IMG/VR virus record: IMGVR_UViG_3300032829_000001 | Length of the DNA stretch: 64,000 nt | Strand: one strand, 5' to 3' | From: an uncultured virus (IMG/VR IMGVR_UViG_3300032829_000001) | Lineage: Duplodnaviria > Heunggongvirae > Uroviricota > Caudoviricetes | Part shown: piece by piece, positions 39,176-49,224 of the stretch | How positions within the stretch are numbered: position 1 is the stretch's first letter | Layout of the letters: the number at the start of each line of letters is the position of its first letter | The notes under the pieces: model-generated | Told to the model about the DNA's origin: nothing | The model's database searches: none | Seen by the model: only the letters and a program-made list of their open reading frames with translations | Program-made: the position numbers and the translations under genes

Positions 39176-41007
39176 AGGCTGAGCGCATCGAAGCCTTCGC
39201 CCCGAAAGGTCGGCGACATCCGCGACCCGGTGTTCCCCACACGCGAGTCTTCTCCGCCCACGTGCTGTACGAGGCTCGGGTAGTGCACGGCACACGGTGT
39301 CCCGGGGACCTCCCAGAAGATCCGGTCGGCGCCGTGCCTCTCAGGCCACGCGGCGAGCTTGCCGGACGACAGGATCGCACTCGCTGTCTCGGCGGGCAGC
39401 GTGATCGCCTGGTTCGATGGATAGTACCGCTCCAGCACAGCATGTGCCGTTTCAGCAGGCAGCGTGATCGCCGCGTTCGTGGGAGTGAAGTTCGCAGCCG
39501 CCGAAATGTGTAGAAACGGCTGCTCGATCGGGGACTGCTTGTTCTGGGTCGTGAACCACGAGATGAGCGCGAGGTCGATATCGAACTCCGTGCGTCGGAT
39601 GTAGTCGAGCGCGTTCCTCGCGAGCTGAACATCGTCCTCGAACATGGTGAGCATCTGGAAGTCGGGCACCTCGCTCGTAGCTGCAAGCACGTGCAGAAAC
39701 GTTTGCGCTTGTCCGAGCGTCTCGCTGCTCGTGTGCACGACCCATCCGGCGTGCACCAGTGCCGTAGCGGCGTTACTCGCGTCCTCATCCATCGGTCCGT
39801 CATGAACCAGTATCTTCGGGCCGTCCCATCGCACGAGCCCTGCACGAACGAGCGATGAGATCGTCTTGGTCAGGTACTTTCCGCGGCCTGCACACGACAT
39901 CACTGCCAGCACGTGCTCCCTGACGGGCGTCTGGCGGTACGCGACGGGGCGAAATGGGCGAGCGAACGTTCGTAGCTCTTTCCGACGCGCTTCTCTCTGA
40001 GACGTGAGCTGCTTGATGCACGCATCAGCTTCGTTGGGTGTCGCACATGCGGCGGCATACCAGGACAGAGCCGCCGTAAAGTCGAGATCGGCAGCGGCGA
40101 TCTCGCCGAGCATGCAGAACGCGTCCGTTCGAGGTGCCCCCTGCAGCGCTCGAAGAGCCCACACCTGCGCGACGGCGCTGTCTCCGTACTTCGCATATGC
40201 GGCTGCCAGCAGGACTGCCAGCTTCGCACGTTGCACGGCCTGAGCGCTGTTCACAATGCTCTGTGCGCGGAACACATCGACAGCGCCCGCGATTCGCGCG
40301 AGCGCGCTCTCACTCGACGATTCTTCGATCCGACGCGCCAGATCCGCGAAGGTGTCTGATCGCTCAGGCTCCACCAGGCCGCGATCAGAAGCGCACTTCC
40401 AGCAGTTGTGCTTGCCGACCGTGCCGAAGATTTCCATCCAGTGATCGACCGAACACGCGTTGCCACCCCAGAAGCGGTAGCGATACAGCTCGGGCTTATC
40501 GACCTCGTTGATGGTCGCGCCTCGCGCCCGCAAGTCGTCTATCAAGGCTGTATCCTCACCGTGGGCGAGATCTCGATAGGGTGGCAGGGTCGACCGACGC
40601 GCGACCAGCGTCGGCTCCCAGGCGCGTTGCGCGCTGTAGACGGTGTACCCGCAGATGCATTCGAGGTTCACGCGGCGAAGCATGCTCGCGTCGGCGCCAT
40701 CAAGAGCCGCTACCTGCTGAGCCAGACGCTCCGGCATGTGGCCATCATCGTCATCCCAGATGGCAATGACGTCGCCCGTTGCGGCAGTTACGCTCTGCGC
40801 GCGAACGGCACCCAGGCTGACGCCACGCTTGGCACGTACGATCGTCGCGTTCTTCGGAAGTCCCACGAAAGCATCCGGAGCGTCCGCTACGATGACCAGC
40901 TCCCGGAACGGGTAGGTCTGGGCGTTCCAGTCCTCAATCGCCCGGCGCGCAAACGCCTCGCGGCCGGTCTTCGTGACCATGAGGCAGGAAACGAGAGGAT
41001 GAATCAT
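39169..41007 (-). CDS. Double glycosyltransferase (GT2 - TPR - GT-A)
   Basis: LVSCLMVT, QTYP, IAIWDDDD; TPR-like middle; MFEDDV, PSLVQHVG. Confidence 0.75.
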   Translation of the reverse strand: MIHPLVSCLMVTKTGREAFARRAIEDWNAQTYPFRELVIVADAPDAFVGLPKNATIVRAKRGVSLGAVRAQSVTAATGDVIAIWDDDDGHMPERLAQQVAALDGADASMLRRVNLECICGYTVYSAQRAWEPTLVARRSTLPPYRDLAHGEDTALIDDLRARGATINEVDKPELYRYRFWGGNACSVDHWMEIFGTVGKHNCWKCASDRGLVEPERSDTFADLARRIEESSSESALARIAGAVDVFRAQSIVNSAQAVQRAKLAVLLAAAYAKYGDSAVAQVWALRALQGAPRTDAFCMLGEIAAADLDFTAALSWYAAACATPNEADACIKQLTSQREARRKELRTFARPFRPVAYRQTPVREHVLAVMSCAGRGKYLTKTISSLVRAGLVRWDGPKILVHDGPMDEDASNAATALVHAGWVVHTSSETLGQAQTFLHVLAATSEVPDFQMLTMFEDDVQLARNALDYIRRTEFDIDLALISWFTTQNKQSPIEQPFLHISAAANFTPTNAAITLPAETAHAVLERYYPSNQAITLPAETASAILSSGKLAAWPERHGADRIFWEVPGTPCAVHYPSLVQHVGGEDSRVGNTGSRMSPTFRGEGFDALSLI

Positions 41008-41591
41008 TGGACGCGTTCCACCAGTACCTGCCAGTTCTTGAACACCAGCTTGAGGTCGCTGCGGTACAACCACAGGAAGGCGTCGATCGCCTCTGCCACG
41101 ACTTGGTCGGGCTTCGGAGCAAAGCCGTAGTCGTCGAGCAACAGAAAGCCGCCGACGCGAATCAGATCGAAGCACAGGACAGCGTCACGCAGAACATCGC
41201 GCGCGGCGTGCGAACCGTCGATGTAGCAGCCATCGTACGAGCCGAGCGGGAGCGTACGCAGAACCTCGTGCGACAGCCCTTTGCGTTTATCCAGGCGAGC
41301 GCCCGCTTCAACCGCCCGCATGTTCGCGTCGAACACCTCCTCGTAGTGTCCGTAGCTGAATGGCGCCCCTGAATCATCGCAGCCCTCGTAGGTGCCGAAC
41401 GGGTCAATGCACGTGATGCGGTCGTGTGGGCTCGTGAGCGCGTTCTGGAGCAACCAGCACGTCGAGCGCCCCTCGAACGTGCCGATCTCCAAAAAGCGCG
41501 CCGGGTGTCGTGTTAGCCGCGGTAGCACATGCTGCACCCACATCGGGGTATGCAGTGTGAACCAGTCTTCAGTGAACTGAAGCTCGTTCAC
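41004..41591 (-). CDS. Class I SAM methyltransferase (Methyltransf_24-like)
   Basis: LEIGTFEGRS, CIDPF, YIDGSH, GGFLLLDDY. Confidence 0.85.
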   Translation of the reverse strand: MNELQFTEDWFTLHTPMWVQHVLPRLTRHPARFLEIGTFEGRSTCWLLQNALTSPHDRITCIDPFGTYEGCDDSGAPFSYGHYEEVFDANMRAVEAGARLDKRKGLSHEVLRTLPLGSYDGCYIDGSHAARDVLRDAVLCFDLIRVGGFLLLDDYGFAPKPDQVVAEAIDAFLWLYRSDLKLVFKNWQVLVERVQ

Positions 41592-41854
41592 TTCAGCTCG
41601 CCGGCCTGCACGTCCGGGACCTTGCACAGGTACGGGTTCGCTGCGCGCCACGTCTTCACGCGCTCGATCATGGCCGAGACGGCGTCGAGCTGCTCCTGCT
41701 TGGCGCCTTGCCGCTTGCACTCCTCCAGGTAGAAGTCGAGCGTCGCCGGCACCGCGTTGTCCGTCGCCAGGAAGCACATCCACTGGTCCTGCGGGACGAT
41801 GGTGCCGTCTTTGTTCTTCGCGATGATGCCATGGAACTTTCCGTCGAGTTTCAT
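41588..41854 (-). CDS. Hypothetical protein
   Basis: Coupled ORF; FLATDNA...CKVPD. Confidence 0.55.
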   Translation of the reverse strand: MKLDGKFHGIIAKNKDGTIVPQDQWMCFLATDNAVPATLDFYLEECKRQGAKQEQLDAVSAMIERVKTWRAANPYLCKVPDVQAGELK

Positions 41855-41987
41855 TCGGGCTCCTTTCGTTCGCGATGGGGGCGCTTCATTTGTCCGGGGT
41901 AGAGCAACGAGAACCTATTGCCTGTGCGTACGCACGGCGTCCCTGGCGCGGCGCCACAGCGTGGGCACGTAACCATGGGCCAGCTCC

Positions 41988-42851
41988 TCACCGCACGCAG
42001 CTCGCCCAGTACCGCGACGCCTCCTCGCACGCGTACACGTGCGTCGGCCGTGCGCCTGGTGGGTTCCAGCGCAGAGGGTTCGCCGCCAGCGCGCCATAGA
42101 GCGCGTCGTTGTTGACCCGCTTGCCGGCCAGGTACGCCTTCGCGAGCGCGTCCACGTTTGTCTCGGGGATCTCGGTCGCGGGCGAGCCGTACTTGGTCTG
42201 CACGCGATTGAGCTGCCAGGTGATGCACGTGGGGGAGAGCGGGCCGAGGTGGGGGCCGGCGGAGATAGCCCAGCGGGACTTGCGCGCAACGACCGCGGCT
42301 TCAAGATCATTGGGGGTGTACACGCCGGTTCGCCAGTCGGGCAGGTACATGTCGAGCTTGCTGACGTAGTTGCTGGTCTTGTAGAGCGCGCCGTCCGAGT
42401 GCCAGAGGTAGCTGTAGTCGGGGCTGTGCGTGAAGCTCGTAGTGAGCCAGTGCTCGTAGCACCCTTCGACGCACGAGCAGCTTTCAGTGAACTCAGGGTC
42501 GTGCCCGAGCCGCCACGACCATACGAATCCGAGGTGCTCGTCGAGGGTCTCCACGGCCTTCTTGAAGTCCGACGGCGCGTAGAAGAGCTGGTCGTCCACG
42601 GCGAGAGCGACGTGGTCGGAGTCGGCGGCGAAGCGATCGATCATCTTCCCGAGCGGATCGCCCACCTGCATCCGCAACTCGGTGAACGGGGCCTCGTGCG
42701 CCATCTCGAAGTAGGCGTTTTCCTGGAGAGCCGTCGAGGCGTAGGCGATGACGTTGACCTTGTCGATTCCTGTGCAGTGGTCCTTCACGGAGCGCAGGAG
42801 GCTGTCACACTGGAGCGCGCGGTCCTTCGAGAAGACGACGAGAGTGATCAT
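41988..42851 (-). CDS. Glycosyltransferase-like protein (GT-A fold)
   Basis: VVFSKDRALQCDSLLRS, AVDDQLF, SDG...PNDLE, NRVQ. Confidence 0.6.
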   Translation of the reverse strand: MITLVVFSKDRALQCDSLLRSVKDHCTGIDKVNVIAYASTALQENAYFEMAHEAPFTELRMQVGDPLGKMIDRFAADSDHVALAVDDQLFYAPSDFKKAVETLDEHLGFVWSWRLGHDPEFTESCSCVEGCYEHWLTTSFTHSPDYSYLWHSDGALYKTSNYVSKLDMYLPDWRTGVYTPNDLEAAVVARKSRWAISAGPHLGPLSPTCITWQLNRVQTKYGSPATEIPETNVDALAKAYLAGKRVNNDALYGALAANPLRWNPPGARPTHVYACEEASRYWASCVR

Positions 42852-43032
42852 TGCCGCCGCCACACCTCAAAGCCGCCCGGCACAGTGCGCGTGTAGATGG
42901 GAATTTTCATGCGCGTCGCAATCTCGTTCCACGCTGTCCACACCGCGTTATCGTCTGTCTCTACGGTGATGCGACCCACAGTGGGCAACGCGACTAGTCG
43001 CTTCGCTATCTCCTCGCGGTCTACGCTGTTGC

Positions 43033-45189
43033 TCATGTCAGCTTCTCCAGCCGCTCGTACCGCGGCTTCGCCAGGATCAGATTCCGCACGCGTACCTGCC
43101 CGTCTGGGTCCACGCGATGGTCGCTCTCCGCGTTCTGATCGTTCCACACGTAGATGGGGTGGGGCAGGTACAGCGCTCGCTCGGCTGCCATCTCCAGCAT
43201 CGGCATCATCAGCGCGACATCGCCAGCCGTCTGGAACCACTGCCCCTCGTGCTGGAAGTCCTCGACCTTGATGTGGTCGAACAGTTCCTTGCGGAACGTC
43301 TTGGGGTGCGAGACCGACCACGGCCAGGCGCGGAACGCGTTCGCTTCGACTACGCGCTTCGGGTACGGGGCCATCCACGACTTCTCGCCCGACGACGTGA
43401 CGAAGTTGCCGTACGTCATCCAGGCACCGCGGTTGTAGGCGTCCTCGATCATGCTGAGCGCGTAGGGGTCGAGCTGGTCGTCGCCGTCTACGATCACCAC
43501 GACGTCCCCGGGTTTGCCGCGTGCTTGAATGGTCTCCACGATGTTGCAGAGCGAATGTTTGCGTCTTTTCTGCGGCACGACTGTGATCCGCGTGTCGAGC
43601 GTCGTGCTGCCGACCACGCCCACGATTGCCTCGAACGTGCCGTCCGTGCTCGCGTCGTCGACCACCACACAATAGGCCCGGCGACTGCCCATCTGGGGCT
43701 GCGCCTTGATCGACTTCAGGCACGCGCCGATGTACTTCTCAGCGTTGCGGACCGCGACCACGATCAGGAAGCGCGACACGGGCGTCTCGGCGTGGGGCAG
43801 CTCCGTGAGCCGGACCTCCTTGTCCAGCTCGCGCCACCGCTTCTGGGCCCCCTCGACCAGCCCTTTCGACGGGTACCGCGTCGGCACGTCCCCGAGGTCG
43901 AGAGCAGCGCAGTACCAGCGCTCGGCGTTCTCGACGTCGCCTTCCGCAGCCGCGATCTCGCCAAGCAGGCAGAGTGCGTCCGCGCGCACGATCGTGTCGA
44001 GCGAGCGCAGCGTCCAGACGCGCGCGTTCGCCAGGTCGCCCTTCGCGTAGTAGGCCATGGCGAGCCGGAACGACAGGCCCGCCCGCGTGTCGTCGAGGCC
44101 GTGCAGGCGTGGCGCACGGTCGCGAAACTCCAGCAGCGCGCGATCGGCCTGTTCGAGCAGGCCGGCGCCGATGAGGTACTCAGCCTGCCCGGCGAGCTGG
44201 CCGGCGTCGGGCGGGACCTTCAGGACACGTGGTGGCGCCGGAGCCGTGAGCAGGTCGGCGAACTTCTGCGACTGCTTGGCGGCGTCGAGGTACTCTTCGA
44301 CGAAGGCGCGGTAGGCAGTGGACACGTAAGCGATGTTGCCGTCGGTGGGCACGAGCCGGGATAGTTGTGCCAGGCTGCGCCAACGAGAATTCGCGCTGAA
44401 GGGGACCGGCCAGTTCAGCTCGGCCCCCGGCGTATCGTGGATCAGTGGCTTGATCCCCATCGCCATCGCCTCGGCGATCGTGTAGCCGAGCGACTCCCAG
44501 TTCGAGGCGCTGAGCAGGAAGTTGGCGCTGATCTCGTCTAGCCACTTCACCGTGTCGACCTGCGGATGGATCGTCACGTTCGGCGGCCTCGTGTATTCGA
44601 GGTACCGCAGCAGGCGAGGCTCCGGCATCGCGAGCGCGACGTGGAGCTGCACGTCCGGGCGGTGCCGTGCCCACTCGAACGCGAGCTGGAACCCCTTGTC
44701 GGCCACGCCGCGCGCGACCATCGCCACGACTGGGCCCGGTCCGCGCTCCTTGAACGGGATGCTCGCGAGATCGATGCCGCTTGGGATCACGTGCGAGCGG
44801 AAGCCCCGCAGACCAGGGAGCCGCTCCTCCACGAGCTGCTTCATGAAGTTGCTCTCGTAGATCAGGGCGTCGACGTTGGTCCAGTCGAGCCGATCGAGTG
44901 GGCCGAACGCGTCGAACCCGCGCATCCGGACGAGCAGCTTTCGGCACAGCCCAGACTGAGCGGCCTCGAAGGCGTCCTGGTTGCCCCACTCCGTCCAGAC
45001 CGCATCGGCGGCGGCACACAGCTCGGGGTCGAAGCCGTTCGCGATCGTGACCTCGTGCCCTGCTTCGCGCAGGTGCTTGACGGCGAAGCGAGAGAAGAAC
45101 GCCGGAGAGCCCGGCCCGCTCGAAACGATGGCGGTAGAGTCGAGGCAGACGAGCTTCACGGACAAGAATGATTGCCAGATTCCTGGCAT
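43033..45189 (-). CDS. Fusion glycosyltransferase: GT4 - TPR - GT2
   Basis: KGFQ, SNWESLGYTIAEAMAMG (GT-B); TPR-like middle; RNAEKYI, VVDDASTDGT, VDGDDQL. Confidence 0.85.
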   Translation of the reverse strand: MPGIWQSFLSVKLVCLDSTAIVSSGPGSPAFFSRFAVKHLREAGHEVTIANGFDPELCAAADAVWTEWGNQDAFEAAQSGLCRKLLVRMRGFDAFGPLDRLDWTNVDALIYESNFMKQLVEERLPGLRGFRSHVIPSGIDLASIPFKERGPGPVVAMVARGVADKGFQLAFEWARHRPDVQLHVALAMPEPRLLRYLEYTRPPNVTIHPQVDTVKWLDEISANFLLSASNWESLGYTIAEAMAMGIKPLIHDTPGAELNWPVPFSANSRWRSLAQLSRLVPTDGNIAYVSTAYRAFVEEYLDAAKQSQKFADLLTAPAPPRVLKVPPDAGQLAGQAEYLIGAGLLEQADRALLEFRDRAPRLHGLDDTRAGLSFRLAMAYYAKGDLANARVWTLRSLDTIVRADALCLLGEIAAAEGDVENAERWYCAALDLGDVPTRYPSKGLVEGAQKRWRELDKEVRLTELPHAETPVSRFLIVVAVRNAEKYIGACLKSIKAQPQMGSRRAYCVVVDDASTDGTFEAIVGVVGSTTLDTRITVVPQKRRKHSLCNIVETIQARGKPGDVVVIVDGDDQLDPYALSMIEDAYNRGAWMTYGNFVTSSGEKSWMAPYPKRVVEANAFRAWPWSVSHPKTFRKELFDHIKVEDFQHEGQWFQTAGDVALMMPMLEMAAERALYLPHPIYVWNDQNAESDHRVDPDGQVRVRNLILAKPRYERLEKLT

Positions 45190-45228
45190 CCGTCAAGGCC
45201 CAAGTTCGAGAGGTGATACTCTGCGGCC

Positions 45229-46107
45229 ATGCCGCCGAGCCCTCCCCGTTTCGCTCTCACCGGCGCCGCCGGATTCGTCGCCCCCCGCCACATGCGCGCA
45301 ATCAAAGACGTCGGCGGCGAGCTGGTTGCCGCGCTCGACCCGCACGACTCGGTGGGCGTGCTCGACCAGTTCTCGCGGCTGACCGAGTTCTTCACAGAGC
45401 ACGAGCGCTTCGAGCGTCACCTCGCAAAGCTCCGCCGCGCCGGGCAGGGGGTCGACTGGCTCTCGGTCTGCTCGCCCAACCACCTGCACGACGTGCACGC
45501 CCGCATGGGGCTGCGGGACGGCGCGAACGTGATCTGCGAGAAGCCCCTCGCGCTCAGCCCGTGGAATCTCGACGCGCTCAAGGAGGAAGAGGCCAAGGCG
45601 GGCCGCCACGTGTTCACGGTCCTGCAGCTTCGGCTCCTGCCGGCGCTCATATTCCTGCGGGACCGCGTCCGGGCGGAAGGGCCCTGGATGCGCCAGGTGG
45701 ACGTCCGCTACATCACTCCCCGCGGGCTCTGGTACAGGCACTCCTGGAAGAACGACGTGAACAAGAGCGGTGGCCTCGTCACCAACATCGGGATTCACCT
45801 GCTCGACGCCCTGCTCTGGATCTTCGGGCGCGCCGAGAAGATGGCCGTCAACCTGCGCACCGACACGAGCGTCTCGGGCGAGCTGTGGCTCGAACGCGCC
45901 CACGTGAACTGGTACCTGTCCGTGAACGGCGACGAGCCCTCGCGGGTGCTGAAGGTGGACAAGACGGAGATCCCTTTCTCGGACGGCTTCGGGGAGCTGC
46001 ACACGAAGCTTTACGAGCACACGCTGGCCGGGCACGGCTTCGGCATCGACGACGCTCGCGCGGCCGTGGAGCTGGCCCACCGGCTGCGGAGCTATCCGAT
46101 CAGGTAG
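45229..46107 (+). CDS. UDP-GlcNAcA 3-dehydrogenase, WbpB-like (Gfo/Idh/MocA)
   Basis: FALTGAAGFVAPRHMRAIKD, DSVG, VCSPNHLH, ICEKPL, YITPRG.WY..SWK, TNIGIH. Confidence 0.88.
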   Translation: MPPSPPRFALTGAAGFVAPRHMRAIKDVGGELVAALDPHDSVGVLDQFSRLTEFFTEHERFERHLAKLRRAGQGVDWLSVCSPNHLHDVHARMGLRDGANVICEKPLALSPWNLDALKEEEAKAGRHVFTVLQLRLLPALIFLRDRVRAEGPWMRQVDVRYITPRGLWYRHSWKNDVNKSGGLVTNIGIHLLDALLWIFGRAEKMAVNLRTDTSVSGELWLERAHVNWYLSVNGDEPSRVLKVDKTEIPFSDGFGELHTKLYEHTLAGHGFGIDDARAAVELAHRLRSYPIR

Positions 46108-46314
46108 GCCGCACGCGCCGGCACAGGCAGCGGGGGCAGCGCCGTGTCTTTGGCCCGTGCTCCACGACGAGATGGCGGCACTGGCAGCGTCGCCGCTCGC
46201 CGTCCAGGTATTCGAGAATCTTCCGCGTGATGGCGATGGTGCTGGTGTCGCCGTCGATGATCTCGCGGAGCGCTGCACGGATGTCGACGTTCTTGCCGAG
46301 CTGTACGAACAGCT

Positions 46315-46917
46315 TCATCGCGGCGGCAGCGCGATCACGACGCCGCGACGAATAGGCAGACGCGCGACCTCGTAGCTCGGGTTGACCTGCAACAGCTCGT
46401 AGATCAGCTCGGCATCGGTCGGGTATCCGTGGCGCCCGTCAAAGTCGTCGATGTCGTCCACCATGATGATGTCGTCCCGCCGGCCCGACTGCTGGATGGC
46501 CAGCAGCTCATCCCGCACGGCGGTGTGCACCTCGCCATCCTGGCCGCCCGTCACCCCGCCCGACCAGTGCGCATCCAGCCAGATGAGCGCGCGATGATGC
46601 ACGACACGCTCGTCCGCGAGCACCTGCTTGAGTGCCTCCCGCGAGTCGGCGTTCACCACCCGGACTCGCTCGTCCGCCGCGAACTTCCAGCGCGCGGCTT
46701 GCGCGAGCCTTTGATCGACTTCGACCGTGAAGACGCACTCGAACTTGTCGACCACGGCTTCGACCGTGAAACCGAGGTACGTGCCCGTCTCGATGAACAC
46801 GGTCGGCTTGTAAACCTGCACGAGCCTGTCGACGAGGTAGAGCGGGATCGTATGTGGGTGGAAGCGCTCGCCCGGCTCGGCGGTGCGAAGCAGGTGTTCC
46901 GTTGGCTCGGTGGTCAC
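46315..46917 (-). CDS. SAM-dependent methyltransferase-like protein
   Basis: FIETGTYLG, WLDAHWSGG, IMVDD. Confidence 0.75.
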   Translation of the reverse strand: MTTEPTEHLLRTAEPGERFHPHTIPLYLVDRLVQVYKPTVFIETGTYLGFTVEAVVDKFECVFTVEVDQRLAQAARWKFAADERVRVVNADSREALKQVLADERVVHHRALIWLDAHWSGGVTGGQDGEVHTAVRDELLAIQQSGRRDDIIMVDDIDDFDGRHGYPTDAELIYELLQVNPSYEVARLPIRRGVVIALPPR

Positions 46918-47552
46918 GGTCGTCTCCAGAACTGGTCGCCTGATGGTACTCCTATTGCGGTGTCGTGCGTCTTGGTGAACCCAGCCTTGGACATAAAGTC
47001 GTCGACTTCGGCGTAGAGCGGTTGTCCGGCGTAGAGGGGAACCGTCGATACCTCCATCCAGATCGCTCGCACGGCGTCAAGTCGCGCGCCGAAGCCACGC
47101 AGGACCGCTAGCTCCGCGCCCTGCACGTCGATGTGTACGTAGTCCGGGTCCTCTCGCAGGTACTCCTCGTATCGAACCACGGACGTGTGGGTCTTCTTGA
47201 ACTTGCACCACGGGTGGATGACCTCGTGCTGGAGCGGCGGAAGCAACGAGCTGGAGTACGGCCACGGCTCACCGGCAGGCCGTCTCGGGGGCCTTCCGTA
47301 CGACTCCCAGAAGTCCGCCGTGATCTCGTTGGTGGCGCCGAGCGCGATCGGATGGATGACGGCCTTGCCCAGCGGAATGACCTCGTGGAGCGTCTCCACG
47401 TTTCGCTTGAGTGGCTCGAACGCATGAATCGCTGCGCGAGGATACCGCTTGATGTACTGGAGAGTATCGGCGCCGTCCGCCGCGCCGACCTCCACGATCA
47501 CGCGCGGTCCCTCCTTGCCGAAGACCTCGTCGATCTGCTTGAACGGCAGCAT
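46914..47552 (-). CDS. FkbM family methyltransferase
   Basis: VEVGAADG, AFEP, SSSLL, HIDVQGAELAVLRG, EVS...LY.GQ. Confidence 0.85.
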   Translation of the reverse strand: MLPFKQIDEVFGKEGPRVIVEVGAADGADTLQYIKRYPRAAIHAFEPLKRNVETLHEVIPLGKAVIHPIALGATNEITADFWESYGRPPRRPAGEPWPYSSSLLPPLQHEVIHPWCKFKKTHTSVVRYEEYLREDPDYVHIDVQGAELAVLRGFGARLDAVRAIWMEVSTVPLYAGQPLYAEVDDFMSKAGFTKTHDTAIGVPSGDQFWRRP

Positions 47553-48025
47553 CACAGACACACGCTCGTGCACATCGTTGGTTGGTGCGAGTCCTCTGCA
47601 CTGCCCGTGCAAGCCGCCTGGTTGGGCGCACAGCCGAGCTTCTTGCAGCAGTCCACACTGGTTGCTGTGCACGCCCCTCCTATGCACAGGTAGTTCGTTG
47701 CTGTGCATGCGCGCTCGCCAACGTACGGGGCCACCCCGTCGCACAGCCCACCGCCACACTGGGTTCCGTCCGGCATCGGCACGAAGACGCCGTTCACGCA
47801 GGTGTTGCACGCGCTCGGAACGCAGCCTCTGTCCACCGCGGCGTCGTGCTCGGGGGAGCCTGCCGCGCCACCCTCGCCACCGGCTCCTGCCGCAGCGTCC
47901 ACGCCCGCCCCAGCGGCGCCTGCCTGCCCTCCCGCGCCCGCCCCGCCGTCGTCCGTGCGCATCGCGTCCACGGACCCGCACCCGAGCGTCGTCAGTACCG
48001 CTAGCCCCATGATGATGTAGCGCAT
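47552..48025 (-). CDS. Cys-rich lipoprotein with Gly/Ala linker
   Basis: LGC lipobox, GGAGAGGQAG linker, repeated Cys. Confidence 0.6.
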   Translation of the reverse strand: MRYIIMGLAVLTTLGCGSVDAMRTDDGGAGAGGQAGAAGAGVDAAAGAGGEGGAAGSPEHDAAVDRGCVPSACNTCVNGVFVPMPDGTQCGGGLCDGVAPYVGERACTATNYLCIGGACTATSVDCCKKLGCAPNQAACTGSAEDSHQPTMCTSVCL

Positions 48026-48458
48026 GACCCTATCTCCTTTCACGCAGCGATTGTGTGGTTGCCTTCGTGGTTGTTGGCCTGTGTGCACGGCTCCGTGGCG
48101 CCACAGCTCGGGCACGCGCGCTGGTTGTCGTAGCGCTGGCCCGGCTCTTCGCCGTACCCGCAGCTCGCGCAGTGGGCCTCGACGCGGTATCCGGCGCGCG
48201 TGCCTTCGACCGGCACTGGTCCGACCCGGGCGCCGTCGGGGTCCGGCGTGGCCGGCTCGATCGGCTCGGGGGAGTAGGCGCGGAGCAGGTTGACCGCGAG
48301 ATCGAGCGCCGCGCCCAGCGACACGTGGGTCAGTATGGCGTTTCCGTTCGGCCATTCGACCGCGACCGCGAAGCCGCCACGACGGGTGAAGATTCGAAGC
48401 TTGCCGTGGATGGCGGCCAGCTCCGCGGCGAGTTCGGCGATCGTTGAGTTGTCGGTGA

Positions 48459-48761
48459 TCATGGTGAGCACTCCGAGCAAGACGAGACGCACAGCGCGGT
48501 CTCGTAGGTTGACGTTCCGATCTGCAACAGGCACCCGACGGGCAGGAGCACCCCTAGCCCGCCGTCAGGGGGCAGCTCGCCGCATTCCGTGACGCACTGG
48601 TAGTCGTCACGGTAGAGCCCCTTGCAGGTACCGGAGCTACTGACCCATGACGGCGGCACAGAGCATGCGTCTGGGGAGCTGTCCGTCTGCGCGGCGTCCT
48701 GATTCGAGACGGCGCCCGCGCACGCCGCCATGAACAGCACCAGCAGAACCAGCTTACGCAT
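48459..48761 (-). CDS. Cys-rich lipoprotein
   Basis: MRKLVLLVLFMAAC lipobox. Confidence 0.55.
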   Translation of the reverse strand: MRKLVLLVLFMAACAGAVSNQDAAQTDSSPDACSVPPSWVSSSGTCKGLYRDDYQCVTECGELPPDGGLGVLLPVGCLLQIGTSTYETALCVSSCSECSP

Positions 48762-48957
48762 GGGACTTCTCCTTGAGGAAGAGGATGATCGTGTGGCAGT
48801 GGTAGGCCGTGTCGCTGGACTGCAGCACCTGCGTGTCGACGACTTCGAGCCGCGGGTTCGCCCCCAGCCACTCCGTGACGTGCTCGCCGAGCTTCTCCCG
48901 CTCGACGTGCCGAGTGGCCGAGAAGACCTTGACGGACGTGTACCCGGTGATGGCCAT
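48754..48957 (-). CDS. Small conserved hypothetical protein (recalled as a myxobacterial type)
   Basis: VKVFSAT...RE.LGE.VT.WL...QSSD..YHC.TI. Confidence 0.55.
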   Translation of the reverse strand: MAITGYTSVKVFSATRHVEREKLGEHVTEWLGANPRLEVVDTQVLQSSDTAYHCHTIILFLKEKSHA

Positions 48958-49224
48958 CAGATGCGCCTCGCGTGCCGGAGCACGACAGGGTTGGGGGCCT
49001 GCACCGCGCGCTGGTAGATGGCGCCGTCGAAGCCCCCGAGCGCGTAGATGACCACGCCCAGGATGGCCACGATGAGCGCCGTCTCGGCCAGCGCCACGAC
49101 CACGTGCCAGGCGAACTTGCCCAGCAGCACGGCCATGATGATGCCCACGATGACGCCGATGGGCGTGAAGAGGAACGAGAGCAGAGCGGCGAAGATGGCG
49201 GTCATGGGGAGGGTTCCTTTCGGG

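Noticed and set aside
37129..47552. Cellular O-antigen/EPS locus
   Set aside because: No wzx/wzy/wzm/wzt or initiating transferase; genes are interleaved with virus-type ORFs and the precursor pathway is dispersed
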